In this document: piece by piece, positions 13,823-29,089 of the stretch
Layout of the letters: each line of letters starts with the position of its first letter
How positions within the stretch are numbered: position 1 is the stretch's first letter
NCBI RefSeq assembly: GCF_009834535.1
Contig: NC_045697.1
Location: 53,508,001-53,572,000, forward strand
DNA from: Camelus ferus
Lineage: Eukaryota
DNA: 64,000 nt
Direction of reading: 5' to 3'
The notes under the pieces: model-generated
Database searches by the model: none
Told to the model about the DNA's origin: nothing
Seen by the model: only the letters and a program-made list of their open reading frames with translations
Position numbers and translations under genes: made by a program

Positions 13823-13945
<123 letters not shown>

Positions 13946-14049
13946 TAGAAATGCATTCTGCATAATTCCTCAACCACACCTGGGGGTAAAAGGAGTAACA
14001 GATTTTCTTAACTTAATCTGTGGAGTCTAAAATGATAATGATTGCTTTG

Positions 14050-15010
14050 CCTCTTTCCATGTCTGTTTACCCAAATCTTGCTAAGATCATTAATGACTTT
14101 ATAAGTGAGAAATCAGTGACATTTTTATTCCTCTTATCCTTTTTTAACTGGTGTGTTCTTTTGAGCATCTTTTCTTTTTGAAACTCTCTCCTGTGCTTTA
14201 TGCGTTATCGCACTGTCATGATCTTCCTGTGCATCTCTACCTACCACGTAGTCTTTTTCTTTTTGAACTCCTTGCCATATTTTGGTGATCATGCCCATAC
14301 CCACTGTGCTAATGACCCACCAAAAACTCCGTTTTAACTTCTACCCTGAATCCAAATCCATGCTTTTACTAAAATGACCATCTGATTTAACTTGTCCAAA
14401 ACAAAACTCCACTGCTTCTCTCTCTCTGACCAGAAATACTTTTCTTTTATTCTCTCTTTTGGTTAATGATGTTATTTGTTCATCCAGTGTTCAAAGCTTG
14501 AATGTTAGTTGTCCTCATTGGCTTTCATACAGTGGATATGGTTCCTCTATATCCTGAACATCCTGCTGGTTCACACTCCCAACCTATTATATCTTTCAAA
14601 TGTGTCCCTCTCTTTTACGTTCTTACTTCCTCATTCTTAGTCCAGGGACTGCTAAGCATTCATTTGGTTTGGTCTCCTGTATGAACTAGTATTAGCTCAA
14701 ATACTGCTGCAAAGTTCCAGGCCTCTTCGTGGGCTATTTTACTTAAATTAGCCAAATACACAAAAACAGACAGATTCACACACATGCACACACACACACA
14801 CCTGCGAAATATGTGGAAACCAAGTTTATCTAATTATAAAAGCCTGAACATGCAAATGAGGATACTCTGTAGACTTTCATGTTCTTGATGGAAGACAAGT
14901 TTCTTTCTTATAACTGAATCCACAGTACCTCATATAGCACCTGTCACATAAACAGGGGCTCATGGTCACTTGTTGTATGAATAATTGATTGCTTGAATGA
15001 ATGAATGAGC
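14050..15010 (+). mobile_element. Degenerate L2 fragments
   Basis: Pyrimidine-rich L2-like body ending in a gaatgaatgaatga tail near 15000. Confidence 0.45.
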
Positions 15011-17274
15011 AGTAATAACAACATTTTAGTGACATCACTCCTACTTTGCATAACAGAAACCTTGCTCTCTGTAAAATCTCCCTTGCTCCAGGCATTTCTG
15101 AGAAACTCTCAGGGTATTTCTCACATCTCATCAATATGTGTGTCCTTTGCATTTTCAGTCCCTGCCCAGGCACCCATCCTCCATCACACTTGTTTGCAGC
15201 CCAAAAAGAATCTGTGATCTAAACATTACCATTTCCCCTTCATGCAGGCTTGAGGCAACAAATGTCAATTTGCTGACAATATAATACACAGCTGTAAAAC
15301 TAAAGTGGTTTTATGAAACCACTTTTAAAAAGTGGTGATATCCCTTGAGTGTTAGATTAATCAGAGTTGTTATAAATTCTTCATAAGAGAGAAAATTGTT
15401 CTTCTGTACCCAATGTCTCTCTTTACTTCTTGGACACCAAAGTATCACTTATTAGCTTTATGAAAAGAGCAATTTTAGCTTTTGAATGTAGACCCTTTTC
15501 TCCATAGGATGAAAAAATGCGTTTCCTGGGCTGGGCTGGTATCCAAATGCTGAGGAAGATGTCATGTCACGCTGCTCCCCAGTATAATACTCTCTTGTCC
15601 AAACTTTCCCTCCGTATTCAGTGAAAATACCTTATTCTAATCAACTTGTTCACAGTGATTTTTCAGTCTATCCCAATCAGCCAGATATTCTGGATTCCAT
15701 TCAAGCCTGCTACATACATCAAACATAATAGAAGATGTTTTTCTCCCATCACACAGTCATTTTTAGACAATGTTTTTATATGTATGTATATAAATTGTTT
15801 TAATAAAAATAACAATAGAACAAAATTATAATTATATATAATTAAATTCAGAGAGAAGTCTAGTAATTTTTATCAGGCTGACAAGTGTCTACATCAATTC
15901 TCAAATTCCCGATCAATGATGTGAAAGAGAAACAGAGCAGAGGGAGATACAGTAGGAGGCAGCACTCTCTGCTTTAATGTCTACTGTTCTATAAACTCAC
16001 ATCATCATTGATATTTTGGCAGTGGGCAGATTATTCTTCAAGCAGTTTAAATCCCTAACAGAAATTGCTATTTGCCTGTCCACCTGTAGGTTCTTCTAGT
16101 ATCACTACTAACTTCTCTTTTGGCCTTTATTCCACTATCATCGTTTCTGAACTTTCATTTATTTTAAGCCCTGACACCCCTTTAGTAGTCATCTTAATCT
16201 TTTCTCATTGAGATCTGATACATAGAATATTGCCGGGACGTCCCTTATAGGGAACTCCCTGCCAAAACATACCCATACGTGCACACGCACACACACACAC
16301 ACACACAGACATACATACACACAGTTAATAAGACTATTATTAAATACTATTGCTTCCCTCCTGGATAACAGATACAGTCCAAATCCTTCAGCAAGACATC
16401 CGAGGAGTTTCTCAATTTTACCCTAGTGCATCTTTCCAGATTTATAGCCTCTCTAACTCCTATGAACTACTCAATCCTGACTCCAACCACTTTACTTTTT
16501 GTCTCCCTTGAACACATTGTGAGACCCTATCCATCTGAGAGTTTTAATCATTTTTTTGTTGGAAATTCACACCTCAGGAGACCGTGCATCTTGGTAAATT
16601 GTGACTGTTTCTCAACTCCGCTTATATGTTACCTCCTTAAAAATCTTTCCAAATATATCCATGCAGATTAAGGCCTAGCTTTCTAAAAAGTTACAAATAT
16701 TAAGTTTATGATATTAAAATCTGAAAATGATTCATTTTTCAGATTTTGTTCTTTTTATCCTCAGTGGTTAATGAATAATTTAGATTCTGATATCTTTGCA
16801 CCTTCATTGGAGTAGATTTGTAATATTTTTTGTCCAAATAAGGTTTAATCAGTATTTTTACTCTAAGGCAAACATACCTGAAGTTGTCCCTAAATTGATT
16901 ATTTTTGTTTTTAAATATTATTATTAAAAAGAAGAAAGCAAGTTTGATTAAGAACAGAAAAACAAAGGCAGAGAGAAGGAAAAGATACTGGATCCCTGAA
17001 ACATTCACAGTTCAAATCGGATTACAAATTGAGCTTAAAATAAATTTTATAATTTTTTTCTCTAAATATTGTTAATATTTAGCTCAAGGCTTATTTTTAC
17101 TGTACTTTGAATATAAACTAAAAGTATAGGCTCTAGAATAAATAAAATATTTCTATTCTACTTTTACTAAGTATAAATGATTGATTTTTTCATTTTTATG
17201 ATTAATTTTTTCACATTATGTTAATGATTGATTGTTCACCATTTATTTGATTATGTCTCTTTACTCACTGATAG

Positions 17275-17577
<303 letters not shown>

Positions 17578-20294
17578 TAAAATAAAGACTCTAATAATAC
17601 CTCTCACAAAAAGTTACTGAGTTAAATTAGAAATTATTAAAGGAAATAATGCCTGTAAACTTGTTACCAGAGCACCTTGTGTACGTGATACATATTTCTC
17701 TTCCTATTTACTACTCTGCTAAAAGGCACTGTTTTGTCAATTCTGATGTGAGTCGTTCTAAATTTTTTATTCCTAAGTCTTAATTGCAGTTCAAATTGGC
17801 CTAGGCTTCCTTCTTCTTTCCACTAATAACCTAATGTTACTCAACACAGTATCAACTTCTTTAAAGACCTCATATCATTTAGAAAGCCGTGGTCACTTTG
17901 TTAAGGATTCACCAAGACAAAGGACATTTTTTACCCTATGTGAAGTTTTTGCTCCCTAAGAATAACATCTGAATTATAAGAAACATGGAATCTAAATTTA
18001 ACTTAGAAAGATGACAATAGAGAAATACAGCATCCTCTGTTAAAATAGAGCTTTACTTTCACTGAAGCAAATACTGTATATTGTGATTTATTGTATACAG
18101 TTTGTGTCAAAATGTGTTATTAACAATAACAATAATAAATTTAACAAATTATTAACTTAAATTTAAGCTGTTATCCACCTAGTAATGTCACCCGCTGCTT
18201 CAATATTCTTTCTTGAATTGGAGAGAAAGAGATACAATTTCTGTTGGTGTGCTGGGAAGTAAACATAACCCTAGGACTACATTGTGCATATGAACGTGTG
18301 GAGCAAAACCCTCACTCTTGAAAGAATTATATGATTATAGATTTTTCTAACGCGTTTTTCTCTGTACCTTGAAATAGTCCTATTGTTTTCAAATTTTTTT
18401 TTTAATTTTCAGAAACACTACTTTTCAAAACGAACTCTAGTGTAAGAGGGCAAGACGAGTTTTTCATTATAAATGATGCATTAAAAATTCAAACAAAGAA
18501 GAGTGATACACACACACACACACACACGAACATACATACACATTTTCCTGGTGGAAGAATCTGAGAAAAAAAAACCCTCTTTATTAAAAAGGCAAATTCT
18601 GATTATGCCAGATTGTGGAATGTGACTTCAAGGAGAGTTTTATCCCCAGTCCTGTGAAAACAGATATAATCTCATGATGTCTCATTAAAGTATAGAGATA
18701 GATGAGGCAAGCTCAGTGTCTGGATTCCATGGTTTCTCCAACTTCAAGGAAGAGTGAGTAAGAGAAACAGTCTGTACATCGCCTGTACAGTAAAGAACAC
18801 ATCCTTTGTGGTTAGATTGATATGGAATTTATCCAGGCTATGCCATTTCCTGCATCTATGACTTTAATAAATACATCTGCCTAAGTTTTGATAACATCAC
18901 TGACAAAATGGAGAAAGTAACAACACCTGTAGCATAAGTTATGGGGGAACATAATGGTAAAAAGAAAATACAAGCATCCAGTACATTTTTTCTGACCCAA
19001 AATAATAGACTAATAAAGTCATTTTAGTCTAAATAGTTCAAGATTCATCTATCCATTTACTCATTCATGCATTCACTGAACACTTAAAGAATACCCTTTA
19101 TTCATTAATTAACATCTAAGAAAAGCTGCTCATGAATACCTACGGGCAGCTCGTATTCCCTAGAACATAAGTGACACATACATTTGCTTCAAGAAGCTTA
19201 TAATACAAGAGGCATGTATATCATAGATGTTGAAAAAGCTCAAAGATGAAGCATGAACAAAGGGACCGGCACAGCACACTCACTCTTGAAGGATGCCATG
19301 CTGGATAAATCAATGTCTTAATTTAGCCACACAATGGTAAAGGTGACAGGGAGAGAATAAATGATGTCCACAGTTTATGCTGATGTTGCAGCAAAATAGA
19401 AAACCCTGGGATTTTGCCAAAATTCATTTTTCACTTCCCACACTATTGAGAAGGGAATGTGTTTATGTATCTAATATTCATATTCAAAATAGATCATTAG
19501 AATACTTTGTAGATGGCTCTTTATTGTTTAAATCTGCACTTTCTGTTTTCCATCATATATTTACAGGTGTATTATCCCAAATATGCACTACCCTCACGTC
19601 CACTCCAAAGAGGACGTGCCATCTGGAGAAAATAGAGCAAAGTATAATAACCAAGCAAACAACCTTCTCTTGGGGATATTTTTCATTAAAAGGATTTAAA
19701 ATCTTCATCAAGCCAACATGGGTTAATAAGGCTTGTGATTCAATACGATTATATTTAATGTTACATATAATGGCAAAATTAATGTTTTCCTCAAAACATA
19801 TTTTTATGGTATTAACCATAAAAATTATTTATTTTTCAAATAATTATTTTTAAGCATCCAAGTATAAAAGATTAAATGTGAGTTTATATCCCAATAGTTT
19901 CACTTCTGCAAAAATGGTTCAAGGACATTTTATGTCTGACTTTAATGCTATTCTCATCCTCTAAAATTAAAATAAGATATGAGTCCAGTGAATTCAGAGA
20001 ACACAAGCACCATCCAGATATCACAACACCCTCATTTACTATTTCTGGGAAATAAATTTTTCAGCTTTGTGTTTCATGATTTGATTGTGCTGCTGACCAG
20101 TTCTTTGTACCGTGTCCAAAAGGAACTCATGAAATAAAATATTCCCTGACCATTGATTCAGTGACCGGTGGTAACTCCATGACCCAGGACAATTAGAAAC
20201 ACTAAAAGAATTTCTTTCAGGAAACTATTGGTATACATTAACTCTTCCTTCACAATGGAAATATTTTATTCATTCGTATTTTTTTTATTTGTAA

Positions 20295-20435
<141 letters not shown>

Positions 20436-21188
20436 AGAAAGAACTGACCTGCAGCTTGCTGAAACAGGGGCAGTGATGGCTTGACTTGGGCAATCCAGTG
20501 GTTTTATAAAGAAGAAAAAATATGCTTTTAAAACTTTGATATTTCAGCATGGTTAATCAGGTCCCAGTTTTGCTCCTCATTCACTCTGAACTTCCAAATT
20601 CCCTAATGTTAGGACTAATCTTTACTTTTTTGTAGGTCATTCCTGCCTTTTCCTAGACTAGTACTGACAAGAGAAAGTTTCCTACTCAATCTCCGTATAT
20701 TATGGTTTAGAATTAAGTTCTATGCCTTATAAATATGGCTCAAGAAATGCTGCTTTCACACTGACACTGTATTTCCCAGTTCTGCTCCAATTTTCCTTTC
20801 CTAAAAACTTGACCCAGGACACTCTATTCCACTTCTGTCTTCTGGATTTCAAGTTGTTCCTTGAGTCACTCATCTTGCAGAGGCTCTATTTGAATAATAT
20901 GGTTCATGTTCCAGATAATGTGGTTCAGATTTCGGAAATATTGTTTCTATACCTAATTTCTGTGTGTCCAAATTTCTAACTTCTGATTATGTAATTTTTG
21001 AGCAAAGAACTGAAATCCACTTGATGTTCAAAAGGATTTTCTACCCAGTAAATAGAATTGTGCTTTGTCTTAATTCTAAGAAGAATGCTGAAATGATTTA
21101 ATGAGACTTATCATACAATTTTTAATTATTGCTGCTACATTTTCACTTAAAGGTAAATTATTTAACCTGATAAAAGAAAAATTGGGAA

Positions 21189-21194
21189 AATAAA
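21189..21194 (+). promoter_or_regulatory. Candidate SULT1B1 polyadenylation signal AATAAA
   Basis: First canonical AATAAA I find after the stop codon, followed by T/GT-rich sequence. Confidence 0.45.
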
Positions 21195-21290
21195 TTGATG
21201 TATATTGTTTACAGTTCAAGGGACTGGGGATGTAACAATAGAGTGATGGGCATTATGCCTCCCCTCTCTGGTTTCAAATACAACAGTTGT

Positions 21291-22575
21291 GCTTTTTTTT
21301 TTTTTTTAATCTTTTTGTTTAGAACAGTTTTAGATTTACAAAATTATTGCAAAGATAGTACAGAGAACCTCATACCTGGAAATCTCACACCCAGTTTCCT
21401 CTATAATTAATAAACATTAATATGGCATACTTGTCACAATAAATAAAGAAATATTGCTGGATTACTACTAACTAAAGTCTAAACATTATTTCGATTGACT
21501 TGGTTATTCTCTAATGTTATTTCTTCTGTCAAGACCCTATCCAGGGCACCACATTACACTTAATTATCATATCTTCTTAGATTCCTTTTAGGTGTGAAAA
21601 GTTTCTTACACTTTCCCTGTTTTTGATGACCTTGACTCTTTCGAAGAGTACTGGCTAGCTGTCTTGTAGAATGCCTCTCAGTTGGCATTTATGTGGTGTT
21701 TTTCTCATGATTATACTGAACAAATATGTTCTGGTGGAAAAGATCACACACAGAGTTAAAGTATCATTCTCACCACATCACATCAAGAATATATACTAAC
21801 TATATGACTTGCCAGTGTTGATGTTCATCTGGTTCAAACAGTGTTTATCAGGTTTCCATTGCAAAGTTCTGCTCTGTGTTTTATTCTCCCTTTCCATATT
21901 GTATACTTGGGAAGAAAATCACATCCTGCAGCTCACATTTAAGAAGCGTGAAGTAATGCTTCATCTCCTGACATAAGAAGTATCTATAGAATTTAGAAAT
22001 ATTCTGCTTGAGAGACTTTTAAATTCTCTACCACTTATTTATGTATTTAATCATTTATTTAAATCAGTGAGGACTCATAGGTATTTATTTTATACTTTTG
22101 GTTATAAATCAGTTATACTTTATTTTCTTCCTCAAATTTTTCCAATTTGTCTGTTGGGAGCTCTTTAAGTTGGCTTCTGAATTCCTTTGGCATACCAGCT
22201 TTATTGTAGATTTGTTTGCGTGTTTGTTTTGAGCATTTTTATTATTTTCTGGCAGTGCAGAATACTCCAGACCCATCTTACATAGTCTGTGTCCCAGTTG
22301 TAGACTCAGCCATTTCTCCAAGGGGCTCTGGTTCCCTTTTTGGAGAATGGTATTAGAAAAATCAAGATCTGAGTGCCAGGCGTGTTCATTGCTACTGTGT
22401 TGGCATTGCTTCTAAGCCCTCTTGACTGACAGAACAAGGAGTTACATGTGTGTATACTAACCTGTGTATAGACATATATGTATAAATATTTCTATAGGTA
22501 GCTATCTATATCTGTATTAAGTAAAACATGAGTTCACACCGATGTCTCCAACATTGATCCATGTGACAGGGATCA
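21291..22575 (-). mobile_element. L1MC-type 3' fragment
   Basis: Poly-T start, ttagaacagttttagatttacaaaattattgcaaagatagtacagag and other L1MC 3' UTR motifs. Confidence 0.75.
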
Positions 22576-24984
22576 TAATTATTATTATAATTTATATTTC
22601 ACTACTATTTTTATTGATCATTTATTAAATATCATACAATCTTGTAGAAGTATTATTACATCAATTTTAAGGTGAAGAAACTGAAACTTGGAACTAAAAT
22701 TTAAAGCTAAGCCTGCCTTGACTCCAAAATATCATTCTTAATCACTCTATGACATATTCGATTACTTCTCAAAATATTATCATGAATATAATCAGATAAT
22801 GATGCCCAAGCTGACACTGTGAAGGTTCCAAGCTCTGTCCGGTCTCAGAGCCCTAGTGTTGCTGGGACACTGCCTGCAAACCTGTGACAATTGCATTTGT
22901 GAATGTTTTTGTTCTATAAGCTATGTTGTAACTGGTACTTATTTATTGTTTAAATAAAGATGGAAATAACTTAACTGAAGCTCATCTAGGTTAATGTACA
23001 TTTCAAGTGATATGATTAGAAAGGAATGTCTTGGGTAAAATGCATAGAGGCCAAATAAATGACTAATAGTTTTTGTAATACAGCCTGTTCATAAGGTGGG
23101 GCTTGGCTGTGCTCTGTTCTGTTCTGTTCTCTTCTATTCAGGGAGGAGAGAACAAGCTGTCATAAATCTTATGGAGACCCTTTCTATGCAACTTTGAATA
23201 TGAGAGAAAAAGGGGCAGAAAGAACAAAATATTTCCCCTCAACTTGGACCTTCTATATCTCCTCCCTTCTTTCAGTCTTAATAGCAGGAGTACCAAAATT
23301 CCTGAGCTTATTGGAAGCATTTGTAAAGAAAATAAGGTTCTTTGGGTTCTCTCTGGAGATTTTGATAAGATAGCTTGGACAAGGCCCTAGACTACGCATT
23401 TTTTAAAAACACCGAAGGTGATTTAATGGCTGTATTATTTATGACTATTTCCAAGTGATAAAGATGAACTATCCTTGTTTTTCAGGTAAGTGCCAGGTCG
23501 ATAATTTCAATAGATAGATAGGTAGACAGATAGACAGATTGATAGATAAGACAGAAAACACTCTTTTTGTACTGATTGGAATTGGATTCATATTTGAAAA
23601 TGCAAAAATTAAGCAAAAAAACTTAAACTCAGTCATTTAATATAATTTGAAAGGAAGAAGGAAGTTCATTGAATTATACATTTCAACACTGGGACTTTAG
23701 CCAAATATGCACTGTGTTTCAAAATAAAAGAAATGAGTAACTTTTCTGAGTACAGTTTGCTCGGTGTGTGAACTGTTCTTTAGCTTAAACAATTGGTGTA
23801 GATTCAGTTTCATTGAGAACACTTTTGCTTATTTCCTGGGCAATTATTCCTTCTATTGTGTAAGAGCTAAACTTCTAAATAGATTAAAATGTGTGAAAAC
23901 TACACTCTCCCACTGTTTTGCCTGAATTTTTCTTATTGACATATTTTGGGGCCTTAGCTTGAAGCACACTGGGCCTCTGCAAAGAGGCCAAAACACACAA
24001 AGAAGCCAAGGAAAGTAAACCAGAAAAAGGCAGAAATACATAAGAAATGGATATAAAGTAAAATCTTTCAATAGCAGCCTACTGGTCAAGGCACAGTATT
24101 TGAGTGGTGCGAAAATTCCACCCCAGTATCTGAGTGCTCCATCATCAGCACAGGTTTCCTTTTTTGGAAGCACAACACACACAGAGAAGTATACAAATCT
24201 TAGGTATCCAGATAAATCTTCCCACGCAAACATATCTGGATAACCAGATTCATATCTCAAGAAACAGAATAATACTGACATATGAAAGCGTCCCATCCCC
24301 TGTACCCGCTTCCAGTCAAAATTTTCCACAATGAAAACCACAATTCTGATTTTCAAAACCATAGATTCAATTTGCCTTTTTTGACATTTATATTAATGGA
24401 ATTGTACAGTTAGACTCCATAGCTTTCTGACTTTTTTCACTCAACATTATAGTTGGAAGATTTACCCATGTTGCATGTTGTTGCATTTTTTCTTTCCATG
24501 TTCATCTCTATATAGTATTCCATTGTGAACATATATCAATACTTATTTGCTCTTGATGGACATTTGAAGAGTTTCCAGTTTGGTTTTTACAAATACTTCT
24601 TCTATGAACATTCTTGTTCTCATTTTTTTATATACATATTTTCAGTACATTTTCCTTGGGTTCAGCATAAGGATTAAATTGCTAGATAATACGATATGCA
24701 CATGTTTAAGATACCACCAAAGAATCTTCTAACTTTTGAAAGATATGTGCGTCTTTGTTTGTATGTGGGGGTGTGTGTTTACACTATGTATAGATATGCA
24801 TATAGGTGTAAATATTTTCTGTTTGTAAATCCTGTTTTATTATATGTCTTTCAAATATCTTCCCTGATTCTATGACTTGAGCTTTGGTGTCTTTTCATGT
24901 TCTTAGTCTTATTACAGGCCGGTTTATCATTTTTTCCTTTATACTAAGTATTTATATCTTATATAAGAATTATTTGCTTAATAT

Positions 24985-25092
24985 CAGCTGGATTCAGAGG
25001 GATGACTATGGGACTTGAGCATCCACAGATTCTCCTACCCACTATGGGTCTTGGAACAAATCCCCTCCCTGAATACAAAGGGATGACTGTAC
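24985..25092 (+). mobile_element. MER2/Tigger-type DNA transposon end
   Basis: gggacttgagcatccacagatt...ggaacaaatcccct...gggatgactgTA resembles the MER2 terminal inverted repeat with TA target. Confidence 0.65.
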
Positions 25093-25503
25093 TGAAAATA
25101 CCATTCCTTCCTTGCTGGAAGCCAGGTTTGTTATAAATCAGTGGCTCATATATATGTGGGTCAGTTTCTGGACTCTATTTTATTTTGTAGGCTTATTTTT
25201 TATTCTTCATTTAATTAATATATAGCTCAATAATCTAAAAGAATATCTGGTAATATAATGCCTTCATTTTCACTTTCTTCAAGATTGCCTTGTCAATTAT
25301 TGGCCCCTGGCATTTCCATATACATTTTAGCTTGTCAATTTCTATTTTAAAAAACTGCTATGATCAATATTGGAATTACATCCAATGTATTGATCAATTT
25401 GTGGAGAAGTGACAAGTGTAAAACACACATCCTTTTATCTAGGATTTCTTTGTTATCTTAGTAAGATTTTAAAAAATTTTTCAGTGTAAAAATCTTACAC
25501 AAC

Positions 25504-26380
25504 ATTTTTTTTTCATGTGCCTGTTGGCCATCTGTATGTTTTCTTTAGAAAAATGCCTATTCAGGTCCTCTTCCAATTTTTTAATTGAGGTTTTTTTTTT
25601 ATATTGAGTTGCATGAATTCTTTATTTTAGATAGTCGTAGAGAAAAGCAAACCATCATGCACTGCTGGTAGGAATGTAAATTCGTACAGCCACTGTGGAA
25701 AACAGTATGAAGTTTCCTCAAAACACTAAAAATATAACTACTGTACTGTCCAGCATTTTTCACTCCTGGGTATTTATCTGAAGAAAATAAAAACACTAAA
25801 TTGAAAAGGTATGTGCACCTCAGTGTTCATAGTTGTGTTATGTACAGTAGCCAGGATATGGAAGCAACCTAAGTGTTCATCAACAGATGAATGGATAAAG
25901 AAAGTATAGTATGTACACAATTGAATATTATTCAGCCATAAAAAAGAATGAAATTTTGCTACTTGTGCCCACATAGATAGACCTGGAGGGTATTATGCTT
26001 AGTGAAATAAGTCAGACAAAGGCAAATTCCATATGTTTTCACTTACATGTGAAGTCTAAGAAACAAAACAAATAAACAAATATAACGAAACAGATTCAGA
26101 GATATAGAGAACAAACTAGTGGTTACCAGAGGGGAAAGGGAAGGGGAGGCAAAATAGGAGGAGGGAATTAAGAGGTACAAACTACTAGGTACAAAATAAG
26201 TGTTACAAGGATGTAATATACAGAATAGGGAATATAGTAAAATTTTATAATAACTTCATATGAGGTATAATCTATAAAATATTGAATTACTATGTTGTAC
26301 ATCTGAAACTAACATAATATCACTCAACTATACTTCAATTAAAAAATAAAGATAAAAATATGTAAGAAGATTATATTAAG
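25504..26380 (+). mobile_element. 5'-inverted (twin-primed) truncated L1
   Basis: Minus-strand L1 piece ~25510-25632 joined to a plus-strand 3' end ~25635-26360; TSD AAAATCTTACAC(A/T)AC at 25489-25503 and 26381-26395. Confidence 0.8.
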
Positions 26381-28111
26381 AAAATCTTACACTACTTCTG
26401 TTAGATTTATTCCTCTATCTTTTATCTATCATAATGTCTTTTAAAATATATATTTTTAAAATTATATGTTATTTTTGTTGCTGGTGTATAGAAATGCAAT
26501 TGAATTTTGGTTTTAACTTTATATGCAGAGAACTTACTGAATTCATTAATTAATTTTAATAATTTCTCTGTAGATTCAGTCAAGTTTTTACATATGCTAT
26601 CATGTCATCTATGTATGATAAAAGATTTTAATTCTTTCTTTATAAACTTTATATATTTTTCTTACGGTGCAGTTTTGGACATCTAATACATACTGAATAA
26701 AAGTAGTCAATTGAGTACTCACATCTGTTTCTCAGTCTTTCATCCTTTCTTATTTAGGCTTCATTTTCCGTCCTTTTCAAGGAACTCAAAGCCATTTTCA
26801 GAGCCATTGTTTGGAGGACTCCAAACTGCTCTCCTCCCCAGATCAAGTGATTCTTAAGTTGGAAGCTCTCATCATTAATTTTCAGTTTTCAATTTTCCAA
26901 TATATGTTTTCAAATGTAATTCACTTGAAAACTTCTTTATCTGTACCCTACAACTTCTGAAGTGCCATGCTTTATTAACATTTAGTTCAAATACATATGT
27001 TAATGTCCATTGAAAACTTTTACTAGATTTATAACTTAATTCCCCTGTAATCAGAGGATATATTCTATCAAGTTTCATTCTTTTGATATTTACTGACATT
27101 TTCTTTATAATCAATCAATCAGTCTTTGAAAGAAGTAAACCTCACTCTGGCAAGACTCCAAGAAACCCAATGGGAAACAAAAAATAGAATGTCGAAAATA
27201 AATTTCCTTAGTCGTAAGGAAAAGTTCCCAAGACTGGGGGCTATGGCATAAATTTTTTTTAAAAAACCTGAAATAGACCTATTAAAAAACCCATATCAAA
27301 CATCCATAGAATCAAGAGGGAACTATAGGCAACTATTTCAAAACTCAAACCTTTGTAGAAGAAATGACAGAATGCAGAGTCTCAAAATTGTATTATCTTC
27401 AATTTCCAGAATCAGTTAAAAAGTATTAGTCATTGAAGATATATGATAAGGTGATCAATGATCTAGAGGAAAATCCATCCATATACAGTCTCACAGATGA
27501 TTCAGCTCTTAGAATCAACAGCAAGGCCATGATTAGGGCACAGCAAATGATGTGCTTAAAGAACTAACTTTCAGGAGGCAATCATTCTCAGGGTTGTGCA
27601 AGTGCAGGATCAGAATTTTCACAAACTTAAGAATGAGTACCTCCTTAAATATTATGCACTAGGCACTTCACTTGCACCAGTGTAGTCCTAGCCCTAATTA
27701 TCTGACAAGGGGCTTACAAATAATGATTTTTTTTTTAAACTAAAGAATTTATAGAGAATGAAGAGTATAGTGGGTGAAAAGATGTGAAATTTTAGGAAAG
27801 GTTTCAAACCAAAGAAGAACCAAATAAAAATCCTAGATCTGAAAAATTCATAAAATTTTTAAAATATATGCTAAATAGAAACAAGGGTTGATTAGACACT
27901 ACAGAAGAAAGAAACAGTAAAGTTGCATTCAAGTCTAAAGATATTGAAATTGATACACAGGCTGATAGAAAGGAATACAGTGAGTCTCAATAATCTGTAG
28001 AAAAATATCAGGTAGTATAATTTCAGATGCAGAAGTCTTGCTCTGAGTGGTTAGGTAAGGAAGAAATGAGCTCCTTTCTTGCTCAAGCTATTATATTTAC
28101 CAGTTCCTTTG

Positions 28112-28715
28112 TGCAAGGTTAATTTTATGTGTTAACGTGACTGAGCTAAAGGAGGCCCAACTAGCTGGTAAAACATTGTTTCTGGGTATGTCTGTGAGGA
28201 TGTTTTTGGAAGAGATTAGCATTTAGACTGAGAGAATGAGTAAAGATCACCTTCACCAGTGCAGTTGGGTGAGGCATCCACCAAAACACTGAGGGCCTGA
28301 ACAGAGCAAAAAGGCAGAGGAAGGACAAATTTGCTCTTTGCTTCAGCTTCTCCTGCCTTCAGACATCAGCGCTCCTGTTTCTCAGGCCTTTGGCCTCAGA
28401 CTGGGACTTGCGCCATTGTCTCTCCTGGTTTTCAAGCCTTTGGACTGGGACTGAATTGGGCCACCAGCTTGCAGATGGCAGATTGTAGGATTTCTCAGCA
28501 TCCAAAATCTCAGGTCAGTTCCTATAATCTCTCTCTCTCTCTCTCCCTCTCTTTCCCTTTCTCTCTCTCCATCTAAATCTCCCATCTACCTCTCTCTCTC
28601 TCCTTGTCTACCATCCATCATCTCTCCTTCTCCTTCTCCATCTTTCTCTCTCCCTGTCTCTTTCTCCATCTACCACACATTGATTCTGTTTCTTTAGAGA
28701 ACCCTGATGTGTATA
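28112..28715 (+). mobile_element. MLT2 (ERV-L) solo LTR
   Basis: ggttaattttatgtgt start, ttgattctgtttctttagagaaccctga end, internal (TC)n; 5-bp TSD CTTTG at 28107-28111 and 28716-28720. Confidence 0.85.
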
Positions 28716-29089
28716 CTTTGTTGTTCCCTTTACCAATAGACACATCCAGTACTTAATGTTGGCAGGAGTAGCTCTGTGGAGTGTTTGAGAGCATTTATCT
28801 CTGACTGTCCATCACACCACACATTATCAAATGATTCTGAGAAAACTAAGCTTTTCTAAAACATCTTTTCAGCTTTAAAGAACCATAGCTGGCTTATAGA
28901 CTGGCAAGTAATGATAAAGTTTAACAATATAATGGGAGTATACCTTGCTCTAAGTATATCCACCAACTCACAGGTTTATCTATTTTGTTAGTTATAAAAT
29001 ATTTTATTCAGATAGAATGTAAGCAGCCAAGGTTGAAAATGAAAGTCTACAGAAGTTCAGATGAATCAATCTCCAGCTCTAAATTATTA

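Larger units (their letters stand above)
24320..26720 (-). mobile_element. Ancient L1M fragment hosting younger insertions
   Basis: Decayed reverse L1 3' UTR/ORF2 motifs (tattccattgtg; gtgggtcagtttctggactctatt; gctggtgtatagaaatgcaattga). Confidence 0.65.

Noticed and set aside
19377..19853. 158-aa intronic ORF in SULT1B1
   Set aside because: No recognisable domain, AT-rich intronic composition and no true ATG start; most likely chance.
23853..24362. 169-aa minus-strand ORF
   Set aside because: Low-complexity F/L/C-rich translation overlapping old L1-derived sequence; no recognisable homology.
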